In this document: positions 37,840-46,663 of the stretch, in pieces
Position numbering within the stretch: position 1 is the first letter of the stretch
Layout: every line of letters begins with the position of its first letter
DNA from: Minisyncoccota bacterium
Lineage (GTDB): Bacteria; Patescibacteriota; Minisyncoccia; Phycocordibacterales; Phycocordibacteraceae
Direction of reading: 5' to 3'
DNA: 49,773 nucleotides
Assembly (NCBI GenBank): GCA_038106525.1
Contig: JAYOEC010000004.1
Location: 1 to 49,773 of the forward strand
Translations under genes and position numbers: made by a program
The notes under the pieces: generated by a model
Database searches by the model: none
The model's input: the letters and a program-made list of their open reading frames with translations, nothing else
What the model was told of the DNA's origin: nothing

Positions 37840-39096
37840 ATGAGGCAATCGCAACTCTTCACTAAAACGCGTAAGGAAGCACCAGCTGACGAGGTAGCCA
37901 AGAACGCACGCCTCCTCACCCGCGCTGGATTCATCTATAAGGAGATGGCGGGTGTATACTCGATGCTCCCGCTTGGGTTGCGGACGCTTAATCGCATCAA
38001 TGCCATTGTGCGCGGGGAGATGACAGCAATCGGCGCAGTGGAGTTGCTCATGTCTGTGATGCAGAGCAAGGAATTATGGGAAAAGACAAACCGTTGGGAT
38101 GATGCTGTAGTTGATAACTGGTTTAAAACAAAATTGAAAGCTGGCGGTGAGGTTGGTCTTGGATTTACGCAGGAGGAGCCGATGACGCGGATAGTTCAAG
38201 GACAGGTCAGCTCATATGTTGATTTGCCACGGCTTTTGTATCACATTCAGTGGAAGTATCGAAATGAGGAGCGAGCAAAAAGCGGGATGTTGCGCGGAAG
38301 GGAATTCCTCATGAAAGATTTGTACTCATTTGCGCGGACGGATGCTGAGCATCAGCAACTGTACCAGTCTGTTGCAGATGCATACGAGAGAATTTTTAAC
38401 CGTCTTGGAATCGGCAATCGTACCTTTAAGACCTTTGCTTCTGGTGGAGTATTTTCCAAATATAGCCACGAGTATCAATGTCTCGCCGATGTTGGTGAGG
38501 ATACGATTTTTGTACATCCAGGTAAGAAGATTGCCATCAACAGGGAGGTTCTGGTACCAGAGGTGCTTGCGGATCTTGGAGTCGAACGGTCTGAACTCGA
38601 GGAGCATGCGGCAATCGAGGTGGGCAATATCTTTAGCCTCGGAACTCGTTTTTCTGAGCCGCTTGGGCTTTCATATACTGCCGAGGACGGAGCCTCTCAT
38701 CCAGTAATTATGGGCTCATATGGATTCGGCTCCACACGCATGCTTGGTGTCCTGGCTGAAGTCTTTGGAGACGAAAAGGGGTTAGTGTGGCCTGTTGCGG
38801 TAGCGCCGTTTATGGTGCACCTGGTTGATGTCTCGGGTGGTGCTCTTGAAAAGAAAAGCTTTGCTGATGCGCTCTACACGGATCTTACGCAGGCAGGAAT
38901 CGAAGTATTGTATGACGATCGTGATGCTCGTGCGGGAGAAAAGTTTGCGGATTCTGATCTTATTGGCATCCCGTTCAGGATTATTGTGGGCAAGCAGACC
39001 ATACCTGAACAAGTTGAAGTGGTGCGTCGAACAGATGGAGGCACCATGATATTCAATCGATCGCAGCTGCTCGACCAGGCAACCTATGCTGCTTAA
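37840..39096 (+). CDS. proS: proline--tRNA ligase (short form, no editing insertion)
   Basis: MRQSQLF, RNEERAKSGMLRGREFLMKDLYSF, EVGNIF, GSYG, anticodon domain. Confidence 0.93.
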   Translation: MRQSQLFTKTRKEAPADEVAKNARLLTRAGFIYKEMAGVYSMLPLGLRTLNRINAIVRGEMTAIGAVELLMSVMQSKELWEKTNRWDDAVVDNWFKTKLKAGGEVGLGFTQEEPMTRIVQGQVSSYVDLPRLLYHIQWKYRNEERAKSGMLRGREFLMKDLYSFARTDAEHQQLYQSVADAYERIFNRLGIGNRTFKTFASGGVFSKYSHEYQCLADVGEDTIFVHPGKKIAINREVLVPEVLADLGVERSELEEHAAIEVGNIFSLGTRFSEPLGLSYTAEDGASHPVIMGSYGFGSTRMLGVLAEVFGDEKGLVWPVAVAPFMVHLVDVSGGALEKKSFADALYTDLTQAGIEVLYDDRDARAGEKFADSDLIGIPFRIIVGKQTIPEQVEVVRRTDGGTMIFNRSQLLDQATYAA

Positions 39097-40144
39097 GCTG
39101 CCTGCATCCATTACAGCGCGGTTTTCGCGTGACATTGGTATTGACCTTGGCACCGCAAACACACTCGTCTACTTAAAGGACAAAGGAGTCATCATTAGTG
39201 AACCATCGGTGGTTGCCGTCAACCAAAAGACTGGCCAGGTGGTTGCGGTTGGCAAGGATGCGCGGGACATGCTCGGTCGGACACCAGCGCACATTGCCGC
39301 AGTGCGGCCACTCCATGAAGGCGTCGTCTCTGACTTTGAAGTAACTGAAGAAATGTTGTCGTACCTCATTCAAAAGGCGCAGGGTGAAAAGACTCCGCTC
39401 GGCCCCCGTGTGGTCATTGGGGTGCCGAGCGGCATTACCTCGGTCGAAATTCGTGCGGTACGGGACGCTGCGAGGAACGCTGGCGCCCGCGAGGTGTACA
39501 TTGTCGAAGAGCCGATGGCAGCAGCGCTCGGCGCACGACTCCCGGTCAAGGAGCCAGTGGGGACCATGATTGTCGACATCGGTGGCGGAACCACTGATAT
39601 TGCGCTTCTATCGCTCGGCGGCATTGTGCGGTCTAAAAACTTGCGCATTGCAGGCGATACATTAAATCAAGATATTGCTGCGTACATTCGGAGCGAGTTT
39701 AAAATTTTGATTGGCGAGCGGACTGCTGAAGATGTGAAGTTGGCGGTTGGTGCCGTTCGAAAACCTGCAGCTCCGCTTCAGACCACGATCCGCGGCCGCG
39801 ACTTGGTGACCGGACTTCCGCGTGAGATTGTAGTCACTGACGCAGATGTCCGCGAGGCTATCCAGGGATCTGTTGCAAGCATCGTTGAGGCAATTAAGGA
39901 AGTGCTCGAGACCGCACCGCCCGAGGTAGTGGCTGATGTCATGCGCGTCGGCATATTTGTAACCGGTGGTGGTGCACTGCTCCGTGGATTGATTGAAATG
40001 CTTGAAGATGAATTGAAGGTTCCGATCCACCTGGTTGATGATCCATTGACGACGGTGGTGCGCGGGACAGGGCTCATTCTTGAGGATATTGAAGGTTGTC
40101 GCGCTATGCTAGTGGATGAGCATGATGGGCCGATCGCTCGTTAG
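39086..40144 (+). CDS. mreB: rod shape-determining protein MreB (paralog 2)
   Basis: GIDLGTANT, EEPMAAA, DIGGGTT, TGGGALL; upstream of mreC. Confidence 0.96.
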   Translation: MLLKLPASITARFSRDIGIDLGTANTLVYLKDKGVIISEPSVVAVNQKTGQVVAVGKDARDMLGRTPAHIAAVRPLHEGVVSDFEVTEEMLSYLIQKAQGEKTPLGPRVVIGVPSGITSVEIRAVRDAARNAGAREVYIVEEPMAAALGARLPVKEPVGTMIVDIGGGTTDIALLSLGGIVRSKNLRIAGDTLNQDIAAYIRSEFKILIGERTAEDVKLAVGAVRKPAAPLQTTIRGRDLVTGLPREIVVTDADVREAIQGSVASIVEAIKEVLETAPPEVVADVMRVGIFVTGGGALLRGLIEMLEDELKVPIHLVDDPLTTVVRGTGLILEDIEGCRAMLVDEHDGPIAR

Positions 40145-40154
40145 AAGGTCGTGT

Positions 40155-40871
40155 ATGCGCTCTGGGCGCGTTCTTGTGCTCGTGGCGCTTGCAGCAGCAA
40201 CATTGTATATCGCTCCCTACCTCAGAGACCTTTTCGGAGAGGTGATACTTGGGAGTGAGCAGCAGACGAGCTACGCGCTGCTCTCCCGAGCCGCACTGAT
40301 CGGCACAATTGAAGCGCTTGAGAACGAGCGCGCGCGGAGCGCATACCAAGCAGCACTGTATCAAGCAGTCCTCGACGACCTTACTGATCTTCAGTCCAAA
40401 GTCGGGCTGCTACCGAAAGATTCGTACGGAATGGCACGGATTATCGCGCGACCGCCACGGACACATTATGATTCGGTCCTCATTGACCGTGGTTCAAACG
40501 ACGGTGTCCGTGCGGGAGATTGGGCAACCAGCGATGGAGTGCTCTTTGGTGAAGTAACTTCGGTTTCCGACGCGACCGCTGTGGTGCAACTCTATTCGTC
40601 ACCGGGGAGCGAGCGAAGCGTGAGTGTCGGAGAGCCGCAGGCAATCGTTACGATTCGTGGTGTTGGTGGCGGTTCATATGAGGCGCTGCTGCCAGAGGGT
40701 GTGCAAACTGCGAGTGGAGATTTTATCTATGACGAGTTCACCCAGCTCCCGCTCGCCATTGTGTATGATCGTATACAGCGGGAGGGGGACGCAACTGCGC
40801 GCATCTATGCAGCACACCCGATGTCGGTTTCGTCACTGACAGTCCTCGGGCTCATGCATACGATCAACTAG
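40155..40871 (+). CDS. mreC: rod shape-determining protein MreC
   Basis: TM + coiled coil, IDRGSNDGV, GEVTSV; synteny. Confidence 0.85.
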   Translation: MRSGRVLVLVALAAATLYIAPYLRDLFGEVILGSEQQTSYALLSRAALIGTIEALENERARSAYQAALYQAVLDDLTDLQSKVGLLPKDSYGMARIIARPPRTHYDSVLIDRGSNDGVRAGDWATSDGVLFGEVTSVSDATAVVQLYSSPGSERSVSVGEPQAIVTIRGVGGGSYEALLPEGVQTASGDFIYDEFTQLPLAIVYDRIQREGDATARIYAAHPMSVSSLTVLGLMHTIN

Positions 40872-40873
40872 CT

Positions 40874-41131
40874 ATGATGATAATTACTTTTTTTCTCCTT
40901 TTGATCTCGCCGCTTTGGGCTCCGTGGTGGGTGGCCGTCGCGCTCGCAATCATTGCCGCTCCGTATCGTTTTTCTGCATTCGTTCTGATTCCGGTTGGTC
41001 TACTGTACGACACATGGTTCGGCGTCCCGATTGCGCTGCTGTACGGATTCCAGTACCTTTATACTTCACTTTTTGGATGCATGGCATTCAGCGCATTTTT
41101 AATGAGAAGGAGGATGCTCAGCGATGTATGA
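40874..41131 (+). CDS. small membrane protein at the mreD position
   Basis: very hydrophobic, GLLYD motif, between mreC and pbp2. Confidence 0.6.
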   Translation: MMIITFFLLLISPLWAPWWVAVALAIIAAPYRFSAFVLIPVGLLYDTWFGVPIALLYGFQYLYTSLFGCMAFSAFLMRRRMLSDV

Positions 41132-42813
41132 GAGGGTACCAAGCACTAGAGCCAGACGAGATATTCCTCGATTCAAAAAATCTGCCGGCGTTTGATCGCG
41201 CGCGGCTTGAGGGGAGTATTGAGCGGCCGATTGCGAACAAAACATTTTTCGGATTCTTAGCGAGCGCAGCAGTACTCGGCACTCTTGTTATTGCGCAGAG
41301 CGTGTATCTGATGTTGGTTGAACATGAATACTTCTCTTCATGGGCTGAACAGAATCGACTTCAGCACTCAACCATCATTGCCGAGCGGGGCAGTATTGTG
41401 GATCGCCGAGGCGAGCCGCTTGCGGAAAACAAAACTGCAACCACTACGAGCACCTTTGCCGAGCGGGTGTACCCGCTCGGCACCGCCGCAGCACAACTTG
41501 TTGGATACATTTCGTATCCTAAACGGGATGCGAACGGATATTGGTATCAGGAGCATACTACGGGTATTGTTGGAGCCGAAGCCTATTTTGACGACCGCCT
41601 GAAAGGTGAAAACGGTATTGAGATCACCGAGACTGATGCGCGGGGCACTATTGTTTCTGGTTCAGTGGTGCGTACTCCAAAGCAGGGCGACGCAGTGTCG
41701 CTTAGTATTGATAGCGGACTCCAGCTTGCTCTCTTTTCAGCAATCCAGGAGCGGGTCGATGCTTCGTTCATCGGTGGTGCTGGCGCAATCATGGACATCT
41801 CAAATGGAGAGATTTTGGCGCTGGTCAGCAGCCCGTCGTTTGACCCGATCGTTATGTCGTCCGGAATTCCTGCTGCAACGGTGCGGGAGTATGCCGAGGA
41901 TCCGCGCGCACCATTTGTTGATCGCGCAGCCATCGGTCTGTATACACCCGGGTCAATCGTTAAGCCTTTTGTTGCAGCTGCCGCACTCGAGGAGGGGGTT
42001 GCCAGGCCGGAGACCACCTATGTTTCGACGGGAAAGTTGGTAATTCCTAACCCATATGATCCTTCAAAGCCAACCATTTTTCGTGACTGGAAAGCTCATG
42101 GCGCCGTTGACCTCCGCGACGCAATTGCAGTTTCGTCTGATGTTTACTTCTATATTATCGGCGGTGGATTCGAATCTGCGCGAGGTATCGGAATTACCGC
42201 ACTCGACCGCTACGCGCGACTCTTCGGGTTTGGATCGCCAACTGGCTTTGTGCTCGACGACGAGCCGAGTGGTACCATTCCGAATCCAGAGTGGAAAGCG
42301 GATGAATTTGACGGTGATATATGGAGAGTCGGCGATACTTACAACACCGCAATCGGTCAGTATGGATGGCAGGTGACCGCACTCCAAGCGCTTCAGGCAA
42401 CCGCGGCGCTTGCAAATGGCGGTGTAGTGAGACAGCCAATTATTGAACTCGGTGCTGTTGGCAGTGCACGGATAATTCCGATTTCAGAATCACATCTTTC
42501 GGTGGTTCGGCAGGGGATGCGGCAGGCGGTAACAGGAGGAACTGCACAAGCGCTTTCGTTTCCTGAGCTGCATGTTGCTGCAAAAACTGGTACTGCAGAA
42601 ACTGGCGTTCGTAAAGAATATACCAATTCTTTGGTTATCGGCTTTTTCCCCTACGAGGAACCTCGGTACGCGTTTGTCATCGTGCTTGAACGGTCAAAGG
42701 CAGGAACAGTGGTGGGTGCACCAGCCGCTATGCGCACGGTTTTTGAGTGGATTATCAAACATCGACCTGAAATGTATTCCACAGGTTTGACTGAGGAAGA
42801 AGGGCAGCTATAA
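41128..42813 (+). CDS. mrdA: penicillin-binding protein 2
   Basis: RGSIVDRRG, SIVK, SSD, KTGT; ATGA overlap start. Confidence 0.92.
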   Translation: MRGYQALEPDEIFLDSKNLPAFDRARLEGSIERPIANKTFFGFLASAAVLGTLVIAQSVYLMLVEHEYFSSWAEQNRLQHSTIIAERGSIVDRRGEPLAENKTATTTSTFAERVYPLGTAAAQLVGYISYPKRDANGYWYQEHTTGIVGAEAYFDDRLKGENGIEITETDARGTIVSGSVVRTPKQGDAVSLSIDSGLQLALFSAIQERVDASFIGGAGAIMDISNGEILALVSSPSFDPIVMSSGIPAATVREYAEDPRAPFVDRAAIGLYTPGSIVKPFVAAAALEEGVARPETTYVSTGKLVIPNPYDPSKPTIFRDWKAHGAVDLRDAIAVSSDVYFYIIGGGFESARGIGITALDRYARLFGFGSPTGFVLDDEPSGTIPNPEWKADEFDGDIWRVGDTYNTAIGQYGWQVTALQALQATAALANGGVVRQPIIELGAVGSARIIPISESHLSVVRQGMRQAVTGGTAQALSFPELHVAAKTGTAETGVRKEYTNSLVIGFFPYEEPRYAFVIVLERSKAGTVVGAPAAMRTVFEWIIKHRPEMYSTGLTEEEGQL

Positions 42814-42821
42814 TGCTGCAA

Positions 42822-43304
42822 ATGAGCACAAAGAAGCGACCTGGTGAGGAAAATCTCCTCAGTCAAGAAAAATTTGACGAGCTCAAAAAAGAACTCGAGT
42901 ATCTGATAACTGCAGCACGGAAAGAGATTGCAGAAAGTCTTGAGTATGCTCGTTCGCTTGGCGACCTTTCAGAAAATGCTGAATACCATGCTGCGCGCGA
43001 GCTTCAGGCTGCAACGGAGGAGCGCATCCGTAGACTTGAGGGGATTATTAAGTCAGCGGTTATCATTTCTGAAAAGAAAAAAGGAGTAGTTGGATTTGGT
43101 TCAAAAGTCACTATCAAAAAGAAAGGTGACAAAGCTGAGCATGTCTATACCATAGTTGGGTCCGAAGAAGCAGACATGCGTGAAAAGAAAATAAGCCACC
43201 TCTCACCAATGGGCGAGGCACTCATGAATAAGAAGAAAGGTGAGTCGTTTACCTTTCAGACTCCCGCTGGCCGTCAAGAGTACACGATCGTTGATATAGA
43301 ATAG
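42822..43304 (+). CDS. greA: transcription elongation factor GreA
   Basis: GDLSENAEY, IS..SPMG. Confidence 0.96.
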   Translation: MSTKKRPGEENLLSQEKFDELKKELEYLITAARKEIAESLEYARSLGDLSENAEYHAARELQAATEERIRRLEGIIKSAVIISEKKKGVVGFGSKVTIKKKGDKAEHVYTIVGSEEADMREKKISHLSPMGEALMNKKKGESFTFQTPAGRQEYTIVDIE

Positions 43305-43308
43305 GTGC

Positions 43309-44889
43309 ATGTTTTGGCTAGACCGTATCTTTGGCGAAGCAGAAAAGCAGCTAGCGGCCAAAATTGCGGCTGGCAAGACACTATTAATACGGGACGAGAA
43401 GACCGCGTCAGGTCGCGTACATGTGGGTTCGATGCGTGCCTTGGCGCTCCACGCTGCGCTTTCTGAACGGCTTACAGAAGCGAACATACAAAACAGGTTT
43501 GTATACGAAATCAACGACTTCGATCCGATGGATGGGTTGCCTGTGTACTTGGATGCAGAAGTATACAGGCAATACCTTGGAATGCCGCTTTGTAACATCC
43601 CTGCTCCTGATGGAAAGGCGGAAAACTTTGCTGAGTTTTATGCGGCAGAATACATAACGGCTATTCGCGCTGCCGGTTTCAGCCCTGAGTTTACTCGAGC
43701 ATCAAAGCTGTACCGAAGTGGCCAAATGAATGGTGTTATTCGTGAGGCGTTAGAGAAGGTAACAACTGTTAAAGCGATATACAAAGATCTCACCGGTCAG
43801 GATAGACCAGAAAATTGGTACCCGATCAATGTCGTATGCGAAAATTGCAAAAAATTGAGTACCACAAAGGTGACTGCGTTTAATGGCAAAGAAGTGACAT
43901 ATACATGCTACCCGACCGCCGTTGAGTGGACGCAAGGCTGTGGGCATCAAGGAACGATCTCACCATTCGACGGAAACGCAAAACTGCTATTTAAGCTTGA
44001 CTGGCCTGCAAAGTGGAAGGTGTACGGCGTCGACATAGAGGGCGGAGGTAAGGATCATTACTCGAGAGGTGGAACGCGCGATTACGGGCGCAGACTTTCA
44101 AGGGAGGTGTTTAACTATCCAGAGCCATTTGGCGTGCCAAACGAATTCTTCTTAGTTGGAGGCAAAAAGATGTCTTCGTCAAAAGGGGCGGGATCTGCCG
44201 CAGCAGAGGTCGTATCACTTATGCCAGCACACATTTTCCGTCTTGCGCTCTACGGTAAGGATATTAATCAGCAGATTAACTTTTCTCCAGAGGGCGACAC
44301 TATTCCAGTTTTGCATGATACATACGACCGTATTGCTGAGAGGGTCTGGGAAGGAGAGCGGGGGGATGACGCACGACTTTTCAAATACATAAACACCGAA
44401 CCGTGGTTGAATGAAAAGCGCTTTCTGCCCCGTTTCTCACAGGTTGCATTTCTTGTTCAAATGCCTCACCTCAGCCTGCATGAAGAGGTCGAAAGAATGA
44501 AAGGGGCGCCGCTTACAGATCTCGATAAGAAGGAGCTTGCGTCACGGGCTGAGTATGCGCGGGTCTGGCTTGACCGCGCAGCAGGCGAGGAATTCAAGTT
44601 TTTTCTCCAAGCCGAACTGCCAGCAAACTACTCTGTTACTGATGCACAGTGCGATGCGCTCAAAACTTTACTACAGTATCTTAATTCGCATGATCAGCTG
44701 GACGGACAGGAATTGCATACTGATCTCCATGAGATGAGGAAGAAGAGCGGTTTGGAGCCAAAGGATTTTTTTGGTCCCATCTATGTCGCGCTCCTCGGTA
44801 AGGATTACGGACCCAAAATGGGCTGGTTCTTGAGCGTTTTACCAAGGCCATTTTTAGATCAAAGGATCAGGCAGGCACAAGAGAGATAA
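43309..44889 (+). CDS. lysS: lysine--tRNA ligase, class I
   Basis: SGRVHVG, DWP.KW, GKDH, KMSSSKG, GPKMG. Confidence 0.94.
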   Translation: MFWLDRIFGEAEKQLAAKIAAGKTLLIRDEKTASGRVHVGSMRALALHAALSERLTEANIQNRFVYEINDFDPMDGLPVYLDAEVYRQYLGMPLCNIPAPDGKAENFAEFYAAEYITAIRAAGFSPEFTRASKLYRSGQMNGVIREALEKVTTVKAIYKDLTGQDRPENWYPINVVCENCKKLSTTKVTAFNGKEVTYTCYPTAVEWTQGCGHQGTISPFDGNAKLLFKLDWPAKWKVYGVDIEGGGKDHYSRGGTRDYGRRLSREVFNYPEPFGVPNEFFLVGGKKMSSSKGAGSAAAEVVSLMPAHIFRLALYGKDINQQINFSPEGDTIPVLHDTYDRIAERVWEGERGDDARLFKYINTEPWLNEKRFLPRFSQVAFLVQMPHLSLHEEVERMKGAPLTDLDKKELASRAEYARVWLDRAAGEEFKFFLQAELPANYSVTDAQCDALKTLLQYLNSHDQLDGQELHTDLHEMRKKSGLEPKDFFGPIYVALLGKDYGPKMGWFLSVLPRPFLDQRIRQAQER

Positions 44890-44915
44890 CCGCCCACCCG
44901 GGTGGTTTTTTGTTT
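44888..44915 (+). terminator. intrinsic terminator after lysS
   Basis: AACCGCCC-ACCC-GGGTGGTT followed by T-tract. Confidence 0.7.
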
Positions 44916-44922
44916 GGCTGTA

Positions 44923-44967
44923 TTGGGGATAAGTGTATTGCAGTGGGTTGAAGTGGGATATAGTGTC
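44923..44967 (+). promoter_or_regulatory. MraZ-binding direct repeats
   Basis: TTGGG/GTGTA/GTGGG/GTGGG/GTGTC at exact 10-nt period directly before mraZ. Confidence 0.7.
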
Positions 44968-44970
44968 ATT

Positions 44971-45405
44971 ATGCTGATCGGCGAGTATACACATACGCTC
45001 GACGACAAAAAGCGTCTTTCGCTGCCTGCTAAATTTCGCAAAGAACTTGGGAGGGGGATCATCATTACCCGCGGCCTTGATCGGTGTTTATTCATGTTTT
45101 CCGCTCCGGCGTGGAAGCGAATTACCGAGAAGATGGAAGCACTTTCAATGGGGGCGGGTGAGTCACGGGGGTTTAACCGATTCATGCTTGCTGGCGCCGT
45201 AGAGGCTGAGATAGATTCGGCGGGCAGGATTCTCATTCCTGACTTTCTCAAGGACTTTGCGGGGCTCAAAAGCAAGGTGGTGTTTGCTGGCGTGGGTGAT
45301 CGCGCAGAGCTGTGGGATCAAAAGCGATGGGCAATGTACACGACCAGAATTGAGTCTGAAGCGGACACTATGGCAGAGAAACTTGGTTCGATTGGAGTCC
45401 TCTAA
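44971..45405 (+). CDS. mraZ: transcriptional regulator MraZ
   Basis: GEYTHTLDDKKRLSLP, DSAGRILIP, ELW. Confidence 0.96.
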   Translation: MLIGEYTHTLDDKKRLSLPAKFRKELGRGIIITRGLDRCLFMFSAPAWKRITEKMEALSMGAGESRGFNRFMLAGAVEAEIDSAGRILIPDFLKDFAGLKSKVVFAGVGDRAELWDQKRWAMYTTRIESEADTMAEKLGSIGVL

Positions 45406-45408
45406 CCC

Positions 45409-46305
45409 ATGCACACACATACCACCGTACTGTTGCGAGAATCAGTTGACGGGCTTCAGCTTGAGCCGCGAGATATCGCCGTAGATGGGACCGTCGGCCA
45501 AGGTGGCCACGCTGCACTCATGGCAGAGCAGGTTGGGCAGAACGGAACCGTTCTCATGCTCGACGCTGACGAATCCTCGCTCAAGATGGCACAAGAAAGG
45601 CTACGGGGTAGTGCTGCACACCTCATCTTTGTGCACGGCAACTTCAGGAATATAGGCGAACACGCAGCACGAGCCGGGATTACCAGCGCAGATGGAGTTC
45701 TGTTTGATCTTGGCTGGCATTCTGGGCAGCTGACCTCGGGCCGTGGATTCTCGTTTGCCGAGGATGCCCCGCTCATGATGACGCTCGCCACAGATCCGGA
45801 ACCGTATCAGATGACCGCTGCGGATATTATTGCAGGGTGGGATCAGGGTGAGCTCGAGCGGTTGTTCCGTGATTTTGGAGAGGAGCGATTTGCCGGCCGC
45901 ATTGCCCGTGTCATTGTTGAAACTCGTCGCACGACGCCAATCACCCATGCGCGGCAGCTTGCCGATGTGGTGGTGAGTGCAGTGCCTGCTGCAGCGCGGA
46001 GGGGGCGTATCCACCCAGCGACACGCGTGTTTCAGGCACTCCGCATTGCAGTCAACGATGAGCTCGGCGCGCTTCGAGACGGAATTCGTAGTGCGTTGCA
46101 GCTCCTCGCACCTGAGGGGAGGCTTGCGATTATCAGCTTTCATTCGCTCGAGGATCGGATTGTTAAAGAAGCCTTCAAAGCTGCAGAGGACGAGGGGCTT
46201 GGTGTTCGAATAACAAAAAAACCAATTCAGGCCACCCGAACAGAGCAGCGAGCTAATCCGAGATCTCGAAGTGCAAAATTAAGAATATTTGAAAAATATG
46301 CGTAA
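45409..46305 (+). CDS. rsmH: 16S rRNA C1402 N4-methyltransferase
   Basis: DGTVGQGGH, HPATRVFQALRIAVNDEL, FHSLEDR, NPRSRSAKLR. Confidence 0.96.
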   Translation: MHTHTTVLLRESVDGLQLEPRDIAVDGTVGQGGHAALMAEQVGQNGTVLMLDADESSLKMAQERLRGSAAHLIFVHGNFRNIGEHAARAGITSADGVLFDLGWHSGQLTSGRGFSFAEDAPLMMTLATDPEPYQMTAADIIAGWDQGELERLFRDFGEERFAGRIARVIVETRRTTPITHARQLADVVVSAVPAAARRGRIHPATRVFQALRIAVNDELGALRDGIRSALQLLAPEGRLAIISFHSLEDRIVKEAFKAAEDEGLGVRITKKPIQATRTEQRANPRSRSAKLRIFEKYA

Positions 46306-46663
46306 GAAAAATCGTATTTCATATGCGCAGAAGCAACTCCCGTTTTCGGGCACTGCGCGAGCATTGGTATCGCCGTTCAAGTATGAGTATCGCGCGTTCG
46401 CTGCGCTAGGAAGCGTACTCGGCATTGTTGCGGTGGCATATGGAGTCTGTGTTGGAGTGTCAATTGCGCATGTAGCTGCCCGCGCAGCTTTGGTCGAGGA
46501 TACCCGCGCGCTCTCTGCCGCTGCGGCGGCGCTCGAGCACACCTACCTTGCTGAAACCCGTGGTATTACTGAATCGTACGCCATCTCTCTTGGATTTGGT
46601 GCGCCAGAGCGGCGCGTCTATCTGAAGGAGGGTTCGGCGCTCGCTTCAGCTCATGCGCGCTAA
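46298..46663 (+). CDS. FtsL-like cell division protein
   Basis: single TM + coiled coil between rsmH and ftsI. Confidence 0.6.
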   Translation: MRKKNRISYAQKQLPFSGTARALVSPFKYEYRAFAALGSVLGIVAVAYGVCVGVSIAHVAARAALVEDTRALSAAAAALEHTYLAETRGITESYAISLGFGAPERRVYLKEGSALASAHAR

